Part shown: in pieces, positions 56,111 through 64,000 of the stretch | How positions within the stretch are numbered: position 1 is the first letter of the stretch | Layout: each line of letters starts with the position of its first letter | Assembly: GCA_963815115.1 (NCBI GenBank) | Contig: CAWFFN010000005.1 | Location: 1,728,001-1,792,000 of the forward strand | DNA from: an uncultured delta proteobacterium | Lineage (GTDB): Bacteria; Desulfobacterota; Binatia; DP-6 | Direction: 5' to 3' | Length of the DNA: 64,000 bases | The notes under the pieces: model-generated | Seen by the model: the letters and a program-made list of their open reading frames with translations, nothing else | What the model was told of the DNA's origin: nothing | Database searches by the model: none | Position numbers and translations under genes: made by a program

Positions 56111-56791
56111 TCACGCACGCCCGGCTTCGTCGCCCTTCGCTCGCGCTGTGCGGTCGGCCGCTCGGCCGAGCAGCGCGATGACCTCGCCATCGGAGACCTG
56201 ACGGAAGTCGCGGTAGAACTGGCCGACCGCCCCGAAGTCCGCGGGCGTGGTGATGCACACGAGGTCATCCACTTCCGTCCGGAGAACCTCGATCGTCTCC
56301 GGCGGCGCCACGCCGATGGCGAGCACGATGCGGCGGGGGTTGGCGCGTCGCACACCGCGGAGCGCCGCACGCACCGTGCCGCCCGTCGCCACGCCGTCGT
56401 CGACCACGATGACCGTCCGATCGGCGAGATCCACGCGCGGCCGGCCGCCGCGGAGCAGCGCCTGGCGCCGGTGGATCTCGTCGAGCTGCCGGGCGACCTC
56501 CCGCTCGATGTACTGCCGCGACACGTGGAGCTGGTGCAGCACGTCCTCGTTCAACACCCGCTGCGGGTGGTCACCGTCGACGATGGCGCCGATCCCGAGC
56601 TCCGGCTGGTCTGGTGCGCCGAGCTTGCGAACCACGATGACGTCGAGCGGTGCATCGAGGGCACGCGCTATCTCGTAGGCGACGGGTACCCCACCGCGCG
56701 GCAGCCCGAGGACGACGGGGCGCTCGTCCTTGTAGCGCAGCAGGCGCGTCGCGAGCTGGCGGCCGGCGTCGGCGCGATCCTCGAACAACAT
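56111..56791 (-). CDS. Phosphoribosyltransferase family protein
   Basis: FEDRADAG, LPRGGVPVA, VVDDGVATGGT, AVGQFY. Confidence 0.85.
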   Translation of the reverse strand: MLFEDRADAGRQLATRLLRYKDERPVVLGLPRGGVPVAYEIARALDAPLDVIVVRKLGAPDQPELGIGAIVDGDHPQRVLNEDVLHQLHVSRQYIEREVARQLDEIHRRQALLRGGRPRVDLADRTVIVVDDGVATGGTVRAALRGVRRANPRRIVLAIGVAPPETIEVLRTEVDDLVCITTPADFGAVGQFYRDFRQVSDGEVIALLGRAADRTARAKGDEAGRA

Positions 56792-56802
56792 GGCGCCTCC
56801 TC

Positions 56803-56970
56803 TCATGGCTCGACAGCGAGATGCTCGGCGAACCAATCGACGGCGAGCCGCGCCGCCGCGTCGAGCGTGCCGGGCTCCTCGAAGAGATGGGTCGCGCCCG
56901 GCACGATCGAGAGCTGTTTCCTGCCGCCGAGCCGCGCATAGGCGTCGCGGTTCATCCGCAGCACGTCGCT
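56803..56970 (-). pseudogene. C-terminal fragment of a dienelactone-hydrolase-family protein
   Basis: DVLRMNRDAYARLGGRKQLSIVPGATHLFEEPGTLDAAARLAVDWFAEHL; N-terminal part absent. Confidence 0.65.
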
Positions 56971-57060
56971 CCCCGGGGGTCGCCGGGCGGGTGAGTCGAG
57001 CCCTGCGTGTCATCGCTCCGCCGGAGCACCCCGGGCTCCGTGACTCGATGCAGCGGAAGT

Positions 57061-57471
57061 TCAGTGCGAGGGCCGTGGCGCAGCCTGCAGGGAGCGCAGA
57101 TAGCCCGCGATGGCGATGACCTTGCTGCGCGCCACAGCTGCTGCTCAGGTGAGGCTGGGTCCGGTTGGAACACCTCGCCCCACACTGGCATCTCGGAGAC
57201 GCCGTGCGCGCGCACCGTGCGGGTCCCGTCGATCGCCTCGACGACCGTTTGCAAGGGAAACTGGTCCCCGTGCGCGGCTGCGATCTGCGTGAGGTCCGTG
57301 GGTTTCTCTCCCAGCGCCGGAGCGACCGGACCGTCACCGCGCCCTTCGCGACCGTGGCAGGCGGCGCAGTAGCGCAGATAGAGCGGCCGTCCGGCCTCAT
57401 CTCCCGCTTGCACGCGTCCGGGCGATGAGAAGCAGCAGGAGGAGCAGAGTCCGTCGTAGCGTTCGCATCAT
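57061..57471 (-). CDS. Monoheme cytochrome c (frameshifted)
   Basis: YCAACHG, GRGDGP, AHGVSEMPVWG; signal-like N-terminus in another frame. Confidence 0.8.
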
Positions 57472-57531
57472 CGCGGCATTTGCCTTTCGTCGTGGAAAGC
57501 CGGTCCGTATCGCGCGGGCAGGCAGGCCGAC

Positions 57532-58049
57532 TCAGGCGCGCGAGTCACGCGCGGTGGGACGGGCCCGGGCGCGCAGCAGCGCGGCCTGCTGCCGAACCTC
57601 CGGCTGGGTGCTGAAGCGCTCGGCCGCATCGGCGAGGCGGAGCGCATGGTGCTCCGCGATGGGTCGCGGCGGGCGGCGATGGCTCACGGCCACGAGCATC
57701 TGGCGTAGTGGCTCGATCTCGGTCATCTCGAGCTCGAGGGCGGCTAACAGCTGCTGGTCGGTGCCGGCACCTCCCGCGAGCCGCTCTGCCTCGGACAGCT
57801 TTGCCTCGACCTCGCGCACGACCTTGTCCCACCTCGCCGAGAGCTCGCGTCGTCCAGGCCTCGATGGGTCGGCAGATGGCGGCGCGTGTCGTTGAGGATG
57901 CGGGCGTGGTCGTCCTCCTCCCGTGCCATGGCGGTCCAGAGCGCACACAGGTCCGGCTGGTCGCGCGCGGCTGCGGCGAAGCTGCGATAGAGCGCCGCTG
58001 AACGGGTCTCGAAACCGCAGCAGCGGTCCAACATGTCGTCCAGGTTCAC
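57532..58049 (-). CDS. Ferritin/rubrerythrin-like protein (frameshift ~57865)
   Basis: FETRSAALY, MAREEDDH, ELEMTE, EHH. Confidence 0.55.
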
Positions 58050-58062
58050 ACCGGCTTGTAGC

Positions 58063-58079
58063 AGCAAGAGCGATGCCAG
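58063..58079 (-). promoter_or_regulatory. Sigma54 promoter (leftward)
   Basis: Minus strand CTGGCATCGCTCTTGCT. Confidence 0.7.
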
Positions 58080-58242
58080 CCGCGTGGTGAAGCAACCGTC
58101 CAACAAGCGCCGTGCCGGCCCGAGGGCCTGGCGGACGCTCTTTCATCACGTCCAGATGTTCGGCCGTTCTCATCGGTAGGATACCGCCGCCGGATCGCGA
58201 GCCAAACCTGCGAATACCCACCCGAGCGGTGAAGACCCACCA

Positions 58243-58259
58243 GTGGCACGGCTACTGCT
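58243..58259 (+). promoter_or_regulatory. Sigma54 promoter (rightward, Cyc2-like operon)
   Basis: GTGGCACGGCTACTGCT, 41 nt before ATG 58301, which has RBS GGGAGG. Confidence 0.7.
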
Positions 58260-58300
58260 GTTGAGCCAGTCCGGCGCCGGCCGGCGGAAGGGAGGGTGCA

Positions 58301-59676
58301 ATGGCCCGATTCCAAGTCGTCGCCGTCGTTGTACCGCCGCGTTGCTCGTCGTGCTCGGCGCGCCGGAGGCGCAGGCGGTCCCCAGCTTCGGGCGTCAGAC
58401 GGGCCTGCCGTGCGAGGGGTGCCACTCGGGGGGATTCTTTCCCGAGCTGAACAATTTCGGGCGCATGTTCAAGATGAACGGCTACATCTGGAGCGCACAC
58501 GAGGAGCAGTCGTACGAGCCGATGCCGCCCGTGTCCGCCGCGCAGAGCTGGTCGTACACGCACACCCAGAAGAGTCAGCCGGGCGTCTCCAACCTGCCGA
58601 CCGTCCACTTCGCCTCGAGCGGCAACGACAACTTCTCCTATCCGCAGCAGGCCAACTTCTTCCTCGCCGGCCGCTACTACGGGCGGCTGGGTGGTTTCCT
58701 CATGGGGACCTACAGCGGCGTCGACAACAAGTGGGTCATGGACAACGCGGACATCCGGCTCACCGACGTCCGCAGCTTCGGTGAGAAGCACACGCTCCTG
58801 TACGGGGCCACGTTCAACAACGGCCCGACCGTGCAGGACGCCTGGAACACGCTGCCCGCGTGGAGCCAGCTGATCGGGTCCGAGGTGGCCCCCGGGCCCG
58901 CCGCGTCTCCCAGCATCAGCAACCTGATCTCGCAGGTGGCAGGCGTCGGCGCCTATGCCTTCTGGGACAACTTCCTCTACGCCGAGGTCACCCCGTACCT
59001 CTCCGGGAGGTCCGGCGCGTTCAGCTTCCTCACCGCGGGCAACCCGAAGGAGGTCATCACCAACGGCGTCTCGCCCTACTGGCGTATCGTGCTCTACAAG
59101 AACAAGGGGAGTCACTCGTTCTCGCTGGGTCACGTCGGCCTCTACGACAAAGTGTATCAAGCCGGCTCCCACGGCCCGACCAACAGCTTCCTCGATCTCG
59201 GCGCCGACATCCAGTACCAGTGGAACGCCAAGCCGAACTTCGTGACCTTCCGGACGGCGTTCATCTGGGAAAACCAGGGCGCTGTCTGCCGCCCAGGCGG
59301 CGGGCGCCGCCACGCGGGGCTCGGCCGACCTCCACACCGTGCAGATGTGGATGTCGTACTACTACTACAACCTCGCCGGCGTCACGTTCAGCCTCTTCGA
59401 TATCGCGGGCTCGCGCGACTCCCGCCTCTACGCTCCCGACCCGTAGGCGGCAGTCGAACCGGGAGCCCGAACACCCTGGGCGGGTTCGTGCAGCTGAACG
59501 TGCTGCCGTTCTCGCAGTGGTTCGATCTCAAGTGGCCCGCTCTCCCGATGACGCAGCTCGCGTTGCAGTACGCGTTCTACTTCAAGTTCAACGGCGCGCA
59601 ATCGAACTACGACGGCTTCGGTCGCAATGCGTGGGACAACAACACGCTCTACCTGCTCGCCTGGACACCGTGGTGA
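58301..59676 (+). CDS. cyc2: Cyc2-like outer-membrane cytochrome c-porin fusion (frameshifts ~58330, ~59280, ~59445)
   Basis: Signal peptide ending AQA, then VPSFGRQTGLPCEGCH...FPELNNFGRMFKMNGY; aromatic beta-strand-rich body; C-terminal YDGFGRNAWDNNTLYLLAWTPW. Confidence 0.78.
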
Positions 59677-59692
59677 CGGAAGGAGACGAAGG

Positions 59693-60059
59693 ATGCGATC
59701 GATTGGATGTGCGGTCCTGCTGCTGGTGGCGACCGGATTGCCCGTGAGCGCGGCGGATATCGCCGCCGCCAAGAAGGATTTCGTCCGCTTCTGCGCCAAG
59801 TGCCACGGCACCGACGGCAAAGGCGACGGGCCGCAGGCCGACGCGCTCGCGACCAAGCCGCGCGACTTCACCGATTGTGCGCGCATGAAGGCCATCTCGG
59901 ACGACACGCTCTTCAAGGCCATCAAGGAGGGCGGGGAGGCGGCCCACCTGAGCAAGGACATGCAGCCGTGGAAGGACGGCATCGACGACGACGAAATCCA
60001 CGGCCTCGTCGCGTACGTGCGCAGCCTTCTGCAGCAAGTTAGCGTCCGTGGTGGACTGA
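59693..60059 (+). CDS. Periplasmic monoheme cytochrome c (end approximate)
   Basis: Signal peptide; FCAKCHG, GKGDGP, KPRDFT, MQPW; RBS GAAGG. Confidence 0.85.
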
Positions 60060-60065
60060 ACGACG

Positions 60066-62021
60066 ATGTCGCGGCCGCTCCGAGCCGAGGCACGGGACCT
60101 GTGGTGGTTCCGCGCCAATGTCCCCTGCCTCGAGGCCTGTCCGGTCAAGACCGACGCCGGCCGGTACGTGCAACTGATCGCCGAGGGGCGGCTTCGCCGA
60201 GGCGTACCGCGTGGCGCGTGCTCCGAATCCGATCGCGTCGATCTGCGGGCGCACCTGCGGGGCGCCCTGCGAGGACGCGTGCCGGCGCGGCAAGATCGAT
60301 GACGCCCGTCGCCATCCGCCCGCTCAAGCGTTTCGCCACCGAGAACTACGGGCCCGAATCGCTCTCCGCGACGGCACTTGCCGAGCTGGTGCGCGGAAGC
60401 ATGGGCGGCGGTAGCACGACGCCGGGGCATGCCGAGGCGATGCTCCGCCGTCGAGTGCCCGGCGCCGCGGGCCGTCGCGTTGCGGTGGTGGGCGCGGGCC
60501 CCGCCGGCCTCGCCTGCGCGCACGACCTGGCGCTCCTGGGCTATCGCCGTGACCGTGTTCGAGGCGATGCCGCACCCGGGCGGCATGATGCGCTACGGAA
60601 TCCCGAGCTACCGCCTGCCGCGTGAGGTGATCGACCATCAGGTCGCGGAAATCGAGGGCGCTGGGCGTGCGAGATCCGCTACGGCACGCCCGCTGACGCC
60701 GGACGTTCGGCGTGCGCGGAGTTGCGCGCCCAGGGCTTCGAGGCGGTCTTCCTCGGCATCGGTGCCGGCCGGGCGCGCGTGGCTTCGCATCGAAGGTGGC
60801 GAGCTCGACGGCGTGATCGAAGGCGATCGACTACCTGCTCAACATCAATCGCGGCTACCGCGTTCCGGTCGGCAAGCGCGTCGTCGTGGTCGGCGGTGGT
60901 CTGGTCGCGATCGACGCCGCGCGCATCGCCGATGCGCGCGATCGTTCCCGGCCTCGCGATGGCGCCCGAAGAAGAGAGCGCGGTCGAGGCCACCACGCTG
61001 CGCGTCGCGCTCGACGCCGCGCGCGAGGTGGTCCGGGCGGCGCCGCCGAGGTCGACGGTGGTCAGCCTCGAGTCGGCGGCGCGAGATGCCCGCGGCGAAC
61101 TCGGTGCAGGGCCGCGAGGAGCTGGAGGTCGCCGCGGGCGAGGGCATCAGCTTCCTGCCGTCGTGGGGCCCGCAGCGCATCCTCGGGGTGGGTCGGAAGG
61201 TGGGCGGCATCGAGCTCGTCCGATGTGTGCGCGCGTTCGACGATGCCGGCCGCTTCAATCCCGTCTTCGACGAGGCGACGACGCGGCGTGCTCGAGGCCG
61301 ACGCCGTCATCCTCGCGATCGGCCAGGGCGCCGGACGTCTCGTTCCTCCGTCCCGAGGACGGCGTCGAGACCACGCCGGCCGGCACCATCAAGGTGGATC
61401 CCGAGACGCTCGCAACCACCGCCCCCGGCGTCTTCGCCGGCGGCGATGGCGCCTTCCCGCCGTGCGCTGCTGATCACCGCCGCCGCAGCAGGGCAAGACT
61501 CGCCGCGCGCTCCATCGACGCCTACCTGCGCGGCGATGCTCCGAAGCCGTCGCGACCCTGCGTGTCACGGTCGAGCAGCTGCCGACGGACACGCTATCGC
61601 GATGACGCCGGGCTGCGAGACGATCGCGCGCCAGATCCCGATCGTGCCGCTCGAGCGCCGCAGCGGCATCACCGAGGTGGAGCTCGCCGTTCACCGCCGC
61701 GCAGGCGCACGCAGCAGGCGAGCCGCTGCCTCTACTGCCACACGCATCCGATCTACGACGGCGAGCTGTGCGTGCTGTGTGGACGCTGCGTCGACATCTG
61801 TCCCGAGCACTGCATTCGCTTCGCACCGCTGGACGCGCTCGACGTCGATCCCGCGCAGCGACGGATGCTCGAGGCGCACGGCGGCGAGGAGCCGTCACGA
61901 GTGTTTCCTCTACGACGGCGACAAGTGCATCCGCTGCGGCCTGTGCGCCGTGCGCTGCCCGACCGCGGCCATCACGATGGAGCGCTTCCACGTTCGAGGA
62001 GACCGCGAGCCGATGCGATGA
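60066..62021 (+). CDS. GltD/NfnB-like FAD- and NAD(P)-binding oxidoreductase with N-terminal Fe-S and C-terminal 2x[4Fe-4S] ferredoxin domains (many frameshifts)
   Basis: PCLEACP, CGRTCGAPCEDACRR, VVGAGPAG, GGMMRYGIP, VVGGGLVAID, FAGGD, SRCLYC, CVLCGRCVDICP, CIRCGLCAVRCP. Confidence 0.85.
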
Positions 62022-62482
62022 GGGCCGTCGCGGGCTTCCTGCGATTCCTGGGCAAGGGATCGGTCGTCGCTCGCCTTCCTGATCCAGATCGCCGCGGCGG
62101 CCCGCGCCTTCGTGCCGAACGTCCTGTACGAGCCCTCGCGCCGGTTCAAGCTTCGCAAGCCGAAGGATTACCCGCCAGGGGGTGACCTTCGACGCCGATC
62201 ATCGCCTGTTCGTGATCCGCGACGAGGACGACTTCCACGTCATCTCGAGCGTCTGCACCCACCTCGGGTGCACGGTGCAGTGGCGGCGGACGAGCGCCGG
62301 ATTCGACTGCCCCTGCCATGGCAGCCGGTTCCGGGAGGATGGCACGGTGATCGCCGGACCCGCGCCCCGTCCCCTCGAGTGGTACGCCGTAGCGCTCTCG
62401 CCCGACGGCTACCTGGAGGTCGATACCGACGAGCAGGTGGCCCGGGGCTTCCGCCTCAGCGCCACCACCCGCACGCGGATGA
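62013..62482 (+). CDS. Rieske [2Fe-2S] subunit (QcrA/PetC-like); boundaries approximate
   Basis: CTHLGC and CPCHGSRF boxes, GPAPRPL; Tat-like GFLRFL N-terminus. Confidence 0.88.
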
Positions 62483-63796
62483 CCGATCCGCGAGCGGCTG
62501 CAGAGCCCTCTGGCGCGGATCGGTCTGGACGTGGGCGCCGGAGAGCGAACGCGAAGCGGGCGAGGCGATCGTCCGCAACCTGTGGCTGCACTGGTTTCCC
62601 AACAAGGTCGCGATCGCGAGCGCCAGCTGGAGCTACTCGCTCTGGCTCGGCACGGCGGCCGCGTCGCTGTTCCTGATCCTGCTCGTCACCGGGGTGCTGT
62701 TGATGTTCTTCTACGTGCCGTCGGTCGAGCGCGCATACTGGAGCATGAAGGACCTACGACTTCGCGGTCAGCTTCGGGTGGCTGCTGCGCAATCAGCATC
62801 GCTGGGCGGCGCATCTGATGGTGGGCACGACGTTCCTCCACATGGCGCGCGTCTTCTTCACCGGCGCGTACCGGGGCCCTCGCGCGCTCAACTGGCTCGT
62901 CGGCGTCGCGCTCCTGCTGGCGACGCTGCTGCTCTCCTTCACCGGGCTACCTGCTGCCCTGGGACCAGCTCGCCTTCTGGGCAGTGACCGTCGGCACCAA
63001 CATCGCCCGCGAGGCACCGCTGGCGGCGTGCACGGATCCGCTTCCTCCTGCTGGGCGGGACGGAGATCGGCCAGGCGACGCTGCTTCGGTTCTACGTGCT
63101 GCACGTGTTCGTGCTGCCCGTGGTCGTGCTGCTGCTGTTCGCCTACCACATGTGGCGGATCCGGAAGGACGGCGGACTCGCGGCCGTCGAGCCGATCGCG
63201 CGAGCGCACGAGCGCCCGCATGGCGCCGCCGTCGCCCTCGAAGAGCTACTCGATCTTCGGCGTCACGCCCGGCACCACCGTCCAGACACTCTCCACCGAC
63301 CGCGCTCGAGGAAGAGGACGTGGCGTTCTCCTCGCCCGAGCTGGTGCGGCGGATCATGCTGGTGTTCCTACTCGTCTTCAATGTGACGCTGCTCGCTGAG
63401 CGTCCTCTTCGACGCGCCCCTCGAGCAGGCCGCCAATCCCGCCGTCACCCCGAACCCGGCGAAGGCTCCCTGGTACTTCCTCTGGCTGCAGGAGCTGGTC
63501 GCGAGCACGACGGTCCGCATCGGCGGCTTCACGGTGAGCGGCGGGTTCATCGGCGGCATCCTGGTGCCGGGGATCCTGCTGCTCCTGGCATCCGCCTGGC
63601 CATTCCTCGATCGCACCCCGGCCGAGCACCGAGGGCATCTGGTTCGCGGCGCAGCGGCGGCGACAGAATCTCCTCTTCGCGCTGATCGCGCTCGGCATCG
63701 TCGCGCTGATCCTTCTCAGCATGTACTGCCGCGGTCCCTCCTGGGGCTTGCTACTGGCCCTGGCAAGCGTGGCCGCGGCCCCCGACGAGCCTGTGA
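62479..63796 (+). CDS. Cytochrome b/b6 with subunit IV-like C-terminal part (frameshifted)
   Basis: [13 protein letters not shown]...[32 protein letters not shown]-x14-[17 protein letters not shown]. Confidence 0.85.
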
Positions 63797-63799
63797 GAC

Positions 63800-64000
63800 G
63801 TGCGAGACCCCTTCTCCCGCTTCGAGTCGCGAGACTTCCCTGTCGCTCGTCGTGCTCTCGCTGGTCTTCTTCGGGCTGGTCGTCGCCGCCGTGGTCCGCG
63901 AAGAGCGGAGCGAGTGGCGGCCGATCCAGGTCCGCTTTCGGGACGCGCTGGAGCAGCACGGACAGGTGCGTGCCGCGCGCGCCTTCACCCCCGGCGTGCG
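63800..64000 (+). CDS. Membrane-anchored protein, probably the cytochrome c subunit of the complex; truncated by window edge
   Basis: TM LVVLSLVFFGLVVAAVV then EWRPIQVRF; directly follows cytochrome b; no CxxCH visible within the window. Confidence 0.5.
   Translation, partial: MRDPFSRFESRDFPVARRALAGLLRAGRRRRGPRRAERVAADPGPLSGRAGAARTGACRARLHPRRA

Noticed and set aside
60066-62021. gltD of glutamate synthase, or NfnB of an NfnAB pair
   Set aside because: No gltB or nfnA adjacent; extra ferredoxin domain and Rieske/cyt b context

Overview
GC-rich bacterial window. The gene style suggests a deltaproteobacterial-type lineage such as Ca. Binatia or Myxococcota; this is inference, as no marker gene is present. 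No rRNA, intact tRNA, CRISPR array, transposase or integrase was recognised. 1-51 kb is a mixed metabolic/stress region: sulfotransferase, diiron enzyme and MerR regulator; PfkB kinase and AGE epimerase; fumC-sdhCAB; S1/P1 nuclease; CoA-transferase; nhaA; acyl-ACP desaturase; orphan ParB-like protein; PAS histidine kinase; a TetR-led aromatic monooxygenase operon; a sigma54-type stress cluster; a deoxyhypusine-synthase homolog; CHAD plus a guanylate-kinase-like gene; non-heme haloperoxidase; katG. At ~51.7 kb a tRNA 3'-end remnant (possible att site) abuts a decapitated sigma54 activator. To its right lies an accessory redox block. The most striking element (58.2 kb to the window end) is an apparent sigma54-driven operon encoding a Cyc2-like cytochrome-porin, a periplasmic cytochrome c, a GltD/NfnB-like flavin-FeS NAD(P) oxidoreductase, a Rieske protein, a non-canonical cytochrome b and a further membrane-anchored subunit. 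This is a candidate electron route between the cell surface and NAD(P). Single-base frameshifts become frequent after ~49 kb and look like sequencing errors, so gene boundaries there are approximate. All family calls come from motif recognition by eye, not database searches.
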